Made by a program: the position numbers and the translations under genes. From the NCBI GenBank assembly GCA_027483175.1, contig JAIXVE010000265.1, positions 6,530-70,529 of the forward strand: a stretch of DNA of 64,000 nucleotides. Reading direction: 5' to 3'. Positions within the stretch are counted from its first letter, which is position 1; every line of letters starts with the position of its first letter. The DNA is from Verrucomicrobiaceae bacterium. Its GTDB lineage: Bacteria > Verrucomicrobiota > Verrucomicrobiia > Verrucomicrobiales > V1-33. Positions 43,193 to 54,700 of the stretch are shown here, piece after piece. The notes under the pieces are model-generated. The model worked only from the letters and a program-made list of their open reading frames with translations, was not told the origin of the DNA and did no database searches.

Positions 43193-46100
43193 ATGAAAAG
43201 TTCAGCCCTTTGCGCGGCGCTGACCGTGCTGCTGCCTGTGATGGCAGCGGCGGTCGACAGTGTGGTTGTGTTCAACGAACTGCAGTATCATCCGGTGGCG
43301 GGTGATGCGGGTGGGGAATGGATTGAGTTGCACAATCAGATGGCGATTGATGTGGATCTGTCGGCGTGGCGGATTGAGGCTGGGGTGAGTTATGTGTTTC
43401 CGGAGGGAACGGTGATTGCGGGGGGCGGGTATCTGGTGGTGGCAGCGAATCCAGCGGGATTGCAGGTGGCGGCTGGGGTGACGGGGGTGCTGGGGCCGCT
43501 GACGGGGAGTCTGGCGAATGCGGGGGAGCGGGTGGAGTTGAGGGATCGGAACGGGCGGTTGATGGACCGGATTGATTACCGGGATAGTGGGGAGTGGCCG
43601 GTGGCGGCGGATGGAGCGGGGACGACGCTGGCGAAGCGTGAGCCTGGGACGACGAGTGGCGAGCCGGAGCATTGGACGTCCGGGGTGGTGCTGGGAGGGA
43701 CGCCGGGGGCGCGGAATTTTCCGGATACGAGCACGACGATCCGGCCGCTGGTGCCGATCAACGCGTTGTGGCGGTATGATGCGAGTGGGACGGATCGTGG
43801 GGCGGCGTGGAAGGAGCCCGGGTTTGATGACGGGGCGTGGGCGGGGTTGAACGTGGCGGCGCTGGTGTCCTACTGGCCATTCAACGGGAATGCGACTGCG
43901 GTGAGGGGGACGAACGGGACACCGATCGGGGCGGCGACGCCGGGGGCGGATCGGAATGGGACGGCGGGTCAGGCGCTGGTTTTCAACGGGACCTCGCAGT
44001 ACATCAGTGTGGTGGGTGGAGGAGGGTTGAATGCGGCGGCGAGTGGGACGATTGCGATGTGGGCGCGATGGAACGGGAGCAGTCAGGATGCGGATTGCTG
44101 CGGGACGTTCGGGGCGATTACGGCGCGGCAGAACAATGGCGTGTTTTCGGACACGATTCTGGCGTTGAACGGGGCGAATCCGGCGACGGCGAGGTTGGTG
44201 TGGCGGCAGTCAGGCGGGCCTGCGCCGATCCTGCTGACGAGCACCGCGGCGGTGGGGAATGGGTGGCGGCATGTGGCGGTAACGTTTTCGCCTGGGGGGA
44301 GTACGTTGTATGTGGATGGGGTCGCGCAGGCGACGGCGACGGGGAGTCCGATGAACAACGGGAGTGCGACGCCGTTGTCGTTAGGGGCGTGGGGTGGGGA
44401 TGGGACGGGGTTCATGAATGGGAGTCTGGATGATGTGGCGGTGTGGGATCAGCCGCTGACGGCGGCGCAGATTGCGGCGCTGGCGGCGGGGACGAAGGGG
44501 CCGATGGATTTTGCGAATGCGGAGAGTGCGGTGTATTTCAGTGGGGACGGGAAGCTGGCGACGAGTGACGAGTTGCGGAAGACGGCGCTGGCGGGGACGC
44601 CGGTGACGTCGTATTTCCGGCGGGCGTTCGACGTAACGGATCCAGTTTCGAGGATGTCATTGAAGCTGGATCTGGCGGTGGATGACGGGGCGGTGGTGTA
44701 TTTGAACGGGACGGAAGTGTACCGGCACAATCTGGCGGCTGGGGCGGTGGGGTTTGGGACCCTAGCAACGGCGGTGGTGGGGGATGCGCCGCTGCTGAGC
44801 GGGATCGATATTCCGTCGGGGGCCTTGGTGGTGGGGAGGAATGTGCTGGCGGTGGAGGTGCACCAGGCGGCGGAGGTGGACGGCGGGATGGTGTTCGGAG
44901 CTGGATTGACGGGGATTGTGCAGGCGGCTGGGCTGGCGGCGACGGTGCCGAACGATCTGGTGATTAACGAAGTGACGGCGGCGGGTGGGCCGTTGCGGAT
45001 TGAGTTGATGAATCGTGGGGCGGGAGTGGTGGAGACGGCGGGGTATGCGCTGGTGCGGACGGGTTCGGGGGTGGATTTACGTTATGCGTTGCCGGGTCAG
45101 GCGATTCCGGCTGGCGGGATGGTGGTGGTGGAGGCGGCGGCGCACGGTTTTCCAGGGCTAGATGGGGACCGAGTGTTTCTGATTCGGGAGAGCGCGGGGA
45201 CGGTGGCGGACGCGGTGGTGGTGGAGAGTCAGGGGAGGGCGCGGTATCCGGATGGGCGAGGGGAGTTTCTGACGCCGACGGTGTTCACGCCTGGGGCGTC
45301 GAATGTGGTGGTGCTGCAGACGGGTGTGGTGATCAATGAGATCATGTACAATGGGCCGCCGGTGCTGGAGCAGCCGGCGGCGGGCGGGAATCCGGCGGTG
45401 CCGTTCAGCAGGTCGGTGGAGCAATGGATAGAGCTGCACAATCGGGAGGCGGCGGCGGTGGCGATTGGTGGATGGGCGATGGATGGCGGAGTGCGCTATC
45501 AATTTCCGGCGGGGACGGTGATTCCGGCGGGAGGGTATCTGGTGGTGGCGCGGGATCCGGCGGCGCTGGCGGTGAAGTTTCCGGGATTGGTGGCGCTGGG
45601 GCCGTTCGAGGGGAGTTTGTCAGGGAGCGGGGAGGAAGTGGTGCTGCGGGATGGCGTGGGCAATCCGGCGGATGAGGTGCATTATTATGATGATGGGGCG
45701 TGGCCGGAGGCGGCGGACGGGGGCGGGTCGAGTCTGGAGTTGAAGGATCCGAGGTCGGACAACAATGCGGGCGGGAGCTGGGCGGCGAGTGACGAGCGGA
45801 GCCGGAGCGGATGGAAGACTTACAGTTATACGGGAGTGGCGGCGGCGAGTCAGATCGGGCCGGACACACAGTGGCGGGAGTTTGTGCTTGGGTTGATGGA
45901 TAAGGGGGAAGTGCTGCTCGATGACATCAGTGTGGTGGAGTCGCCTGCGGGGACGCCGGTGGAAATGCTGCAGAACGGGAGTTTCGGGACGGATGCGGCG
46001 AGGTGGCGGATTATTGGGAATCATTCCGGGACGGTGGTGGATGATCCGGATCAGGTGGGGAACAAAGTGCTGAGGCTGGTATCGACTGGGAGTACGGATC

Positions 46101-48709
46101 ACATGAGCAACCATGCGGAGACGACGTTTGGATCGTCGCGGAGTGTGGTGAATGGGCGGACGTACCGGATTTCGTATCGTGCGAAGTGGATCAGCGGGTG
46201 CCGGCAGTTGAACACGAGACTGTACTTCAATCGATTGGCGAGGACGACGGTGCTGGACGGTCCGGGGGTGCAGATCGGGACGCCGGGGAGTGTGAACAGC
46301 AGGAGGGTGGCGAATGCGGGGCCTGTGTTTGCGGGATTGCGGCATGATCCAGCGGTGCCGGCGGCGTTCGGGACGGTGGCGGTGACGGTGCGTGCGGGTG
46401 ATCCTGACGGAGTTGGGCCGGTGGTGTTGTGGTCGCGGGTGGACGGCGGGGCGTGGGTGAGTCAGGCGATGGATCCGGTGGAGGGGGATGCGGGGAATTA
46501 CCGTGCGGTGCTGGCGGGGAGAGCGGCTGGGACGGTGGTGCAGTTTTATGTGGCGGCGACGGATGGGGCTGGTGCGACGGCGGTGTATCCGGCGGGGGGT
46601 GTGGATTCGCGGGCGATGTATGAGGTGAATGACGGGCTGGCGGCGACGAACGGGTTGCACAACATGCGGCTGGTGACGCTGAAGGCGGATGCGGACTGGA
46701 TGCACACGACGATCAATCTGATGAGCAATCAGCGGATCGGGGCGACGCTGGTGGTGGACGAGAAGGAAGTGATTTACGACATCGGGTTGAGGTTGAAGGG
46801 GAGCGAGCACAGCCGGACGACGAGTGCGCGGTTAGGGTTCAATCTGGGATTTGATTCGGAGCATCTGTTCCGCGGCGTGCATCGGAGTCTGGCGATTGAC
46901 CGGTCGGAGAGCACTGGGTTCGGGCAGCGGGAGATGCTGGCGCATCAGATGCTGAATCATGCGGGCGGGGTGCCGACAAAGTATCATGATCTGTGTCAGG
47001 TGATCGCGCCTCGATTGGAGCATACGGGGAGTGCGGAGCTGCAACTGGCGCGGTACACGGATGTGTTTCTGGATGATCAGTATGAGAACGGGAGTGACGG
47101 GATGTTGTTTGAGTATGAGCTGGTGTATCAGCTGAATTCGACGGACAACGGGACGCCGGAGGGGAACAAAGTGCCGGCACCGGATTCGGTGGTGGGAACG
47201 ACGATTCGGAACATGGGGGATGACAAGGAGCAGTACCGGTGGACTTATCTGATCAAGAACAACGAGGATCGGGATGATTACAGCCGGGTGATGGCGTGGG
47301 CGAAGTGGATGGCGACGACGGGGACGGCGTTCACGAGTCAGATTCCGGCGTTTCTTGAACCGGAGCAGTGGCTGCGGGGGCACGCGGTGAATGTGCTGAC
47401 GGGGGCTGGGGACAGTTATGGCGGGGACGGGGCGCAGCACAACGTGCAGTTCTATGTGCGGCCGACGGACGGGCGGATGCTGTATTTTCCGCATGACATG
47501 GATGCGTTCTACGATGCGAACCGGACGATTTATCCTAACGCGGATTTGAACAAGATACTGGCGGTTCCGGGGTATGCGCGGCTGTATTTCGGGCAACTGC
47601 TGGAGATTCTGGAGACGACGTACAATACGGGGTACATGCAGCGTTGGGCGGATCATTTCGGGCGATTGCTGCCGGCGCAGCCGTTTGCGAGTCATCTGAC
47701 GTTCATCGGGCAGAGAGCAACGGTGGTGCGGACGGCGGTGAATGCGGCGGTGTCGCCGAACACGCCGTTTGCGATCAGCACGAATGGGGGTGCGGACACG
47801 ACGGTGGCGACGGGGATGCTGAACCTGACGGGAACGGCGAACCTGAGTGTGCGGACGGTTCAGGTGAACGGGGTGAATTATCCGCTGACGTGGACATCGC
47901 GGACCGTGTGGTCGGTGGCGGTGCCGCTGCAGACGGGGGCGAATCTGCTGCGGGTGCAGGGGATTGACCGGTCGGGGAATGCGCTAGTTGCGGCGGTGGA
48001 TACGATCACGGTGACGAACACGGGGCCGCCGGGGAATCAGCCGGTGAGGATCAACGAGTGGATGGCGGACAACCGCGGGCCGGGCGGTTTTGCGGATCCT
48101 GCGGACGGGTTGTTCCAGGACTGGATTGAATTGTTCAACGGGAATGCAGATCCGGTGGATTTGTCAGGTTATCTGCTGAGTGACGATGCGGCGGCGCCTG
48201 GGAAGTGGGTGGTGCCGGCGGGGACGGTGATTCCGGCGCGCGGGTTTCTGATGATCTGGGCGGATGGGGTGACGGCGCAGAATACGCCGGGGAACGGGTT
48301 GCATGCTGGGTTTCAGCTGAGCAGTGCGGGGGAGTTTCTGGGCTTGTACAATGCGGCGGGGGTGGCGCAGCACACGCTGGTGTTCGGGGAGCAGCAGGTG
48401 AATGTGAGTCAGGGGTTGTTTCCGGATGGCAACGTGGGGGTTCCGGCGTATGCGATGCGGAATGCGACGCCGCGGTGGCCGAATACGCTGGCGGGGCCGC
48501 TGGAGGTGACTGGTTTCGGGCGGAATGGGTCGGTGAGCACCCTGACTTTCACGAGTCTGCCGGGGAGGAGTTACCGGGTGGAGTTTACTGATGGGGTGGG
48601 GCCGTGGACGGCGCTGGTTCCGGATGTGGCGGCGGTGGGTGACGTGTCGTCGGCGACGGATACGACGGGGAATGCGCGGCGGTTTTACCGGGTGCGGCGG
48701 GTGGAGTGA
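43193..48709 (+). CDS. Giant secreted 1838 aa protein: LTD, jelly-roll module split by a LamG domain, 2 LTDs, CBM-like domain, CotH, Ig-like domain, LTD and short C-terminal tail
   Basis: The signal peptide is MKSSALCAALTVLLPVMAAA. The LTDs are VVFNELQYHP..GEWIELHNQMAIDVDLSAW, INEIMYNGPP...EQWIELHNREAAAVAIGGW and RINEWMADN...QDWIELFNGNADPVDLSGY. LamG is SYWPFNGNA...LDDVAVWDQPLT. CotH is LRLKGSEHSR...YFPHDMDAFY. Confidence 0.9.
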   Translation: MKSSALCAALTVLLPVMAAAVDSVVVFNELQYHPVAGDAGGEWIELHNQMAIDVDLSAWRIEAGVSYVFPEGTVIAGGGYLVVAANPAGLQVAAGVTGVLGPLTGSLANAGERVELRDRNGRLMDRIDYRDSGEWPVAADGAGTTLAKREPGTTSGEPEHWTSGVVLGGTPGARNFPDTSTTIRPLVPINALWRYDASGTDRGAAWKEPGFDDGAWAGLNVAALVSYWPFNGNATAVRGTNGTPIGAATPGADRNGTAGQALVFNGTSQYISVVGGGGLNAAASGTIAMWARWNGSSQDADCCGTFGAITARQNNGVFSDTILALNGANPATARLVWRQSGGPAPILLTSTAAVGNGWRHVAVTFSPGGSTLYVDGVAQATATGSPMNNGSATPLSLGAWGGDGTGFMNGSLDDVAVWDQPLTAAQIAALAAGTKGPMDFANAESAVYFSGDGKLATSDELRKTALAGTPVTSYFRRAFDVTDPVSRMSLKLDLAVDDGAVVYLNGTEVYRHNLAAGAVGFGTLATAVVGDAPLLSGIDIPSGALVVGRNVLAVEVHQAAEVDGGMVFGAGLTGIVQAAGLAATVPNDLVINEVTAAGGPLRIELMNRGAGVVETAGYALVRTGSGVDLRYALPGQAIPAGGMVVVEAAAHGFPGLDGDRVFLIRESAGTVADAVVVESQGRARYPDGRGEFLTPTVFTPGASNVVVLQTGVVINEIMYNGPPVLEQPAAGGNPAVPFSRSVEQWIELHNREAAAVAIGGWAMDGGVRYQFPAGTVIPAGGYLVVARDPAALAVKFPGLVALGPFEGSLSGSGEEVVLRDGVGNPADEVHYYDDGAWPEAADGGGSSLELKDPRSDNNAGGSWAASDERSRSGWKTYSYTGVAAASQIGPDTQWREFVLGLMDKGEVLLDDISVVESPAGTPVEMLQNGSFGTDAARWRIIGNHSGTVVDDPDQVGNKVLRLVSTGSTDHMSNHAETTFGSSRSVVNGRTYRISYRAKWISGCRQLNTRLYFNRLARTTVLDGPGVQIGTPGSVNSRRVANAGPVFAGLRHDPAVPAAFGTVAVTVRAGDPDGVGPVVLWSRVDGGAWVSQAMDPVEGDAGNYRAVLAGRAAGTVVQFYVAATDGAGATAVYPAGGVDSRAMYEVNDGLAATNGLHNMRLVTLKADADWMHTTINLMSNQRIGATLVVDEKEVIYDIGLRLKGSEHSRTTSARLGFNLGFDSEHLFRGVHRSLAIDRSESTGFGQREMLAHQMLNHAGGVPTKYHDLCQVIAPRLEHTGSAELQLARYTDVFLDDQYENGSDGMLFEYELVYQLNSTDNGTPEGNKVPAPDSVVGTTIRNMGDDKEQYRWTYLIKNNEDRDDYSRVMAWAKWMATTGTAFTSQIPAFLEPEQWLRGHAVNVLTGAGDSYGGDGAQHNVQFYVRPTDGRMLYFPHDMDAFYDANRTIYPNADLNKILAVPGYARLYFGQLLEILETTYNTGYMQRWADHFGRLLPAQPFASHLTFIGQRATVVRTAVNAAVSPNTPFAISTNGGADTTVATGMLNLTGTANLSVRTVQVNGVNYPLTWTSRTVWSVAVPLQTGANLLRVQGIDRSGNALVAAVDTITVTNTGPPGNQPVRINEWMADNRGPGGFADPADGLFQDWIELFNGNADPVDLSGYLLSDDAAAPGKWVVPAGTVIPARGFLMIWADGVTAQNTPGNGLHAGFQLSSAGEFLGLYNAAGVAQHTLVFGEQQVNVSQGLFPDGNVGVPAYAMRNATPRWPNTLAGPLEVTGFGRNGSVSTLTFTSLPGRSYRVEFTDGVGPWTALVPDVAAVGDVSSATDTTGNARRFYRVRRVE
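46616..47740 (+). other. CotH domain of the 1838 aa protein
   Basis: IGLRLKGSEHSRTTSARLGFNLGF...REMLAHQMLNHAGGVP...HNVQFYVRPTDGRMLYFPHDMDAFY matches the family (HDMD at 47492-47503). Confidence 0.7.
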
Positions 48710-48763
48710 GGCGTGTTCAGGATAGTGGACAACGCGGGCGGGATCTGGTAAAGGGAGGGCAGA

Positions 48764-48788
48764 TTTTCTCCCCCCTGATTCCCCCATG
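48764..48788 (+). promoter_or_regulatory. Second copy of the pyrimidine-rich leader: TTTTCTCCCCCCTGATTCCCCC-ATG
   Basis: See 31567-31585. Confidence 0.35.
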
Positions 48789-51700
48789 AAGAAGAAATGG
48801 CTTTTTGTTTCCGGCGTGCTGCTGCTGACCGGGCTGTGCAGTCGTGGACCGATGGTGTCGCTGATGAGGCGGGTGGCGGCTGGTGATGGTGGGAAAGTGG
48901 TGGTGGCTGGGGAGACGGGAGTGGAGGGGCGAGCAGAGGCGGTGGCGGAGAAGGCGGCGGGAGGAGCTGCGGATTTCGGGGTGCGGGGGAAGGCGGAACG
49001 AGGCGAGGTGGATTTCGGGGCGCTGCATGCGTTCAGGGAGTGGGAGGGTCGGTATGTGGGGGCTGGGGTTGAGGAGAGGGCTGGGATGGTGGGTGAGGGA
49101 GTGCGGCTGGCGGCGGCGAGGCGGCCGGCGATGGAGCGATTGATTGTGACGAATCCGAGATTGGCGCTGGAGGTGGCGGTGCGTGCGGTGGTGCGGCAGG
49201 ATTTGCCGGAGGAAGTGAAGGAATTGCTGGAGAAGTCGGTGAGCGGGCGGGGGGATTACAAGGCGTACTTTGGTAGGCCAGTGGAGGGAGCGGTGGTGCC
49301 TGCGGGGACGGAATTGACGCTAAGGTATTTTGAGACACCGGAGGGGGACAGTTACCGGGCGCATGTGTTCGGGGAGATGGAGGAGGCGGTGAGTCGGCGC
49401 GGGGTGGCGATGAGGGGCGTGGCGATCGGGCGTGAGATGGCGGTGGCGGAGAGTCCGGTGCGGCAGATGGAGGCGGGGGAACGGATCGCGGCGGGGACGC
49501 CGGTGGACGAGACGTGTCCGGTTTCGGGGACGGTGACGCCGACGACGACTGAGGAGACGTTAGTGGTGGAGCCGGAGGTGCCGCTGGTGGAGGTGGCGGG
49601 TCGCGTGATCCGGTTGTGCAACGGGACGCACGTGACGGTGTTTGAGGAAGCGCAGCGTTGGGCGAGCGGCGGGCCGGGCGGCGCGGGGTATTTCTATGAC
49701 AACTATCCGGGGACGTCGTCTGAGGCGATCGGGAACTTCCGGTGTCTGTACATCCGGGTGACGTATCCTGACCAGATGCGGGCACCGAACACGGAAGCGC
49801 GGGCGTGGAGCGACATGCAGAATGTGTCGCGGTTTTATCTGGAGTCGTCGTACGGGAAGCTGACAACGACGTCGGTGGTGACGCCATTGATTGTGATGCC
49901 GCACAGCAAGGCGTGGTACATTGCGAAGGACAGCGAGGTGGATGGACTGGGGCTGGTGCACAGCGATGCGCGGGCGATGGCGCGGCGGATGGGTTATGAC
50001 AGCAGCCAGTTCAACTGCACGATTGTGCGGGTGAACGAGGGGCCGCGGCTGAGCGGGATTTCGTGGGGTGGCGGGGACAGTGTGTGGGTTTCGTGGGACG
50101 GGATGGATGTACTGAATCACGAGTGCGGGCATTCGCTAGGGAGGAACCATGCGAATTTCTGGAAGACGAGTGACGGGTCGGCGATCGGGGTGGGGGAGAA
50201 CCAGGAGTATGGGAACAGTTATGATGTGATGGGTGGCGGTGGCGGGTTCGGGGCGCATTACAACAGTTACAGCAAGCGGTCGCTGGGTTGGCTACAGGAT
50301 CCGTATGTGCACCGACCGGGGACGACTGCGGCCTACAATGGGGTGTATCGGATTCACGCGTATGACCAGCCGAGGATCGAGGAAGGGAAGCGTTATTCGC
50401 TGCGATTGGACAAGGACGTGCAGCGGCGGTTTTATCTGGAGTATCATCCGGCGATTGGGGGTAGTTGGCCGGATCAGTTGCTGCTGATGATGAGCGGACT
50501 GGGGAGCAATGCGGGGCATCTGGTGGATACGACGCCTGGGAGTGCGGGAGGGAAGGGTGACGGTGGGATCCAGGTGGGAAGGACGTTCAGTGATTTTGAG
50601 AGTGATCTGCATTTCACGGTGCTGGGGAAGGCTGGGACGGTGCCGGAGGCGCTGGATGTGGCGGTGATGCGCGGGCCGTTTCCGGGGAATCGGGCTCCGG
50701 TGGTGACGCTGAATGCGACGGCGACGCAGGTGGCGGTGAACGGGAGTGCGACGTTCACGGCGAGTGCGAGTGATCCTGACGGCGATACCCTTGCGTATCA
50801 CTGGGATTTCAATGACGGGTATGCGGCGCCGAACAGTGCTAGTGTGACACGGGTGTTTCCGACGACCGATCAGCAGACGGTGTCGCTGACGGTTTCGGAT
50901 CTGAAGGGAGGGACGGTGCGGGCGCACACGGTGATCACGATTGGGAGTCCGGGGCGAGCGGTGGCGCGGGGGACGATAACGATTGGCGGGCGGCCTCTGG
51001 CGGGGGTTCGAGTGACGAGTGATACGGACAAGTATTGTTTTACGGACAGCAATGGGGGGTATGCGCTGGCGGATCTGCAGAGCGGGACGCGGACTCTGAG
51101 TGCGATGCTGACGGGGTATACGTTCACGGCTGGGTTTACGAATCCCGCGAGTGTGCCGACGGCTGGATTGACGGGATTGAACTGGACGGCGACGAGTGTT
51201 CCGGAGGTGGTGATGACGGCGGTGGATGCGGCTGAGGGTGGGGCGAACGGGTCGTTTGTGCTGACGCGGAGCGGGGATGTGACGGCGGCGATGGATGTGA
51301 CAGTGGCTCCGGCGGGTGGGTCTGCGGTGAAGACGACGGATTACAGTTTTGCGCCGGATTATGCGGCGAGCGGGACGATGAACACGTTTACGATTCCTGC
51401 GGGGCAGGCGAGCCTGACGGTGACGGTGGCGGCGGTGAATGACACGGCGCAGGAAGGGCCGGAGACGGTGACCCTGCAGTTGGGAGCGGGGGCTGGGTAT
51501 CAGGTGCGGAGCAGCGGGGTGGCGATGCTGACGATTGCGGACAATGACACGACGCGGCCGGTGGTGAGTCTGGCGGCGACGGATGTGTATGCGGGTGAGG
51601 GGTCGGGAGATGCCGGGGCGTTCACGGTGAGCCGGACTGGGGCGACGGGATCGCCGCTGACGGTTGCGCTGGCGTTCAGCGGGACGGCGACGAACGGGGT

Positions 51701-54700
51701 GGATTGCGGGATGGTGCCTGGGACGGTGACGATTCCTGCGGGGCAGAGTTCGGTGGTGGTGCCATTGGTGGTGACGGATGACAGCGTGATGGAAGCGCCG
51801 GAGGATGCGATCCTGACAGTTAGTGCGAATGCGGCGTATGTGGTGAGTCCGGTGGCGGCGAGCGGGACGGTGACGATTACGGACAATGACCTGCCGGTGG
51901 TGTCGGTGACGGCGATTGATGATGTGTTGAATGAGGCGGGGAGGGGGACCGGGGTGGTGCTGGTGACGCGGCGGGGGAGTCTGAGCGGGACGTTGAAGGT
52001 GTATTATGGCGTGGGGGGCCGGGCGCTGCATGGGACGGATTATGTGGCGCTGCCTGGTGAAGTGACGTTTCCTGTGGGTGTGGACACGGTGCCGGTGGTG
52101 CTGACGCCTTATGACGACGGGCATGGGGAGGGAGACGAAGGGATCGCGTTTGCGCTGACGGTGTTTGACAATGCGTACACGCTGGGGGCGAATTTTTCGG
52201 CGGCGCTGACGATCAAGGACAATGCGGATGCGCCATTGGTGGGGGTGACGGCGAACTCGGCGGGCGAGCCGAGCACGAACGGGACGTTTACGGTGACGGC
52301 GGTGGGGACGGCACCGGGGAACATTACGGTAAGGTACACGATCAGCGGGACGGCGACGGCGGGGCAGGATTTCACGATGCCGTCGGGCACGGTGACGGTT
52401 GCGGGGACGAGTACGGATGTGAAGGGGAATGCGGCGACGGTGACGATCCCGGTTTTGAACGATGCGTTGCCGGAGAACACGGAGACGGTGATTCTGACGA
52501 TCACGCCGGATCCTGCGTACCGGGTGTACTTGGACGGGCAGGCGGTGATGCGATTGAAGGATGACGAAGCGGAGCCGGTGGCGGTGAGCACGCACAGCAG
52601 CGGGTTGGCGGAGCCGGCGGATGGGAGTTCGTTTTACATTTCGAGGGCTGGGACGACGGGTGCGCTGGCGGTGGGGTATACGATGAGCGGGACGGCGGTG
52701 AACGGGACGGACTATCAGCTATTGACCGGCAGCGCGGTGATTCCTGACGGGGCGAGCGGGGTGGATGTGACGGTGACGCCGCTGGATGATGCGTTGCGGG
52801 AGGGGACGGAGACTGTGGTGATGCGGCTGGCGGGCGGGGCGGGATACGGCGTGGAAGTTGCGGAAGCGACCCTGCTGCTGGAGGACAATGATCTGGCGAG
52901 CACCCTGCCGTCGATGGGTTTTGTGTCGGCGACGGGGACGACGGGAGAGTTGCCGGATGCGGTGATGGGGGAGTATCGTGACATTGAGGTGACGCTGCCG
53001 TCGGCGATGAGCGGGACGGTGACGGTGGATTATGTGATGAGGGGCGGGACGGCGACTGGGGATGATGTGGACTGGCGGTTTGCGGATGCGGCGGCGGGGA
53101 ATGCGATGATTCCGGGTGGGACCCTGACATTTCCGCCGGGGGTGACCTCGCGGAAGCTGCGCGTGCGGATTGTGAATGACGGCGTGGTGGAGGGGAATGA
53201 GACGGCGATCATTGATCTGGTGAATCTGAACGCGGGCGGGAGCGGCGTGCGGCTGAGTGGGACGAGGTACCGGCATACGCTGACGATCAATGACAACACG
53301 GCGGCGAATCCGGTGCCGCGGGTGAGTTTTCTGATGTCGGCGACGACGCGGCAGGAGGCTGACGGAGGCGAGCCGCTGCTGATGGCGGCGCTGGACGCGC
53401 CAGCGGGCGGGACGGTGACGGTGCAATTCACGGTGAGCGGGACGGCGACGCGCGGGAGTGATTTCAATCTGAATCCGGGGACCCTGACATTTGCTCCCGG
53501 GGAGATGTTCAAGAAACTGCCGATGGTGATTCTGGCGGATGGAGTGTCGGAACTGGCGGAGACGGCGGTGGTGACCCTTGTGAATCCGACCGGGGCGCAA
53601 CTGGGGACGATTCCGACGCACACGGTGACGATCACGGATGCGTCGGCGGCGGCGGTGTCCGTGGCGGCGGTGGTGGGGACGGTGGAGGAAGACAGCAGCG
53701 GGAGCGGCGTGTTTGCGGTGACGCGGAGTGGCGGGGTGTTGAATCTGCCACTGACAGTTAGTGTGGCGGTGAGCGGGACTGCGGTGGCTGGCGAGGATTA
53801 TGCGGGATTGCCGGCGAGCGTGACGATTCCGGCGGGGCAGACGACGGCGACCCTGAGTGTGGCTCCGGTGCGGGACACTGTGGAGGAAGCGGATGAGACC
53901 GTGGTGGTGACGGTGGTGGATGCGGCGGATTACGATCTGGGGTCGGTGGCTGAGGCGGTGGTGACGATTCTGGATGACGATGCGCCGCCGGTGGTGACCC
54001 TGGTGTGGCCGAGTACGGCGACGGCGGCGATTCCGGCGGGGGTGGGAATGATTGCGGAGGTGGAGGCGACGCGGGAGTTGCCGAGCGGGACGGTGCATCC
54101 GGCGGTGGTGTGGAGTCAGGTGTCTGGGCCTGGGTCGGCGGTGATTGAGACGCCTGGGTTGCGGCGGACGGCGGTGAGTTTTCCGGTGAATGGCGTGTAC
54201 GTGCTGCGGGCGAGTGCGACGCACGGGACGACGACGTCGGCGGATTTGACCGTGCAGGTGGCACCTGCTCCGGTGGTGCCGAATTTCAGTGTGGCGCGGT
54301 TCGGGAATGCGCCAGCGACGACTGGGTTTACGGCTGGGGGTGTGGCGGGGTCGTACAACGTGACGGCAGGCGGGGCGAGCATCGCGAGCACGGGGACGGC
54401 GGATCAGTTTGTGTTTGTGCAGCAGGCAATGACCGGGGATGCGACGCTGGTGGCGCGGGTGGTGAGCATGGGGACGGGCGGGAGTTCGACGTCGGACAAC
54501 CGTGCGGGGCTGATGATCAGAGAGAGTGTTAGCGACGGCGGGTCGCGGCATGCGTTCATCGGGATCACGAAGACACCGGCGACGAGGTTCATCAGTCGGG
54601 CGGCGACTGGGGCGGCGAGTACGAATACGACGGGGACGGGAGCGTTTCCGTGCTGGGTGCGGCTGGTGAGGAGTGGCAATGTGTTTACGGGGGAGACGGC

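Noticed and set aside
45620-47695. Minus-strand ORFs of 396 aa and 287 aa antisense to the 1838 aa gene
   Set aside because: These are Arg/His/Pro-rich shadow ORFs with no recognisable motifs.
48786-48850. Lipoprotein signal on the 2247 aa protein (LLLTGLCS)
   Set aside because: The residue before the Cys is Leu, not the Gly/Ala/Ser expected at position -1 of a lipobox. I call it a plain signal peptide, with an unverified cleavage site.
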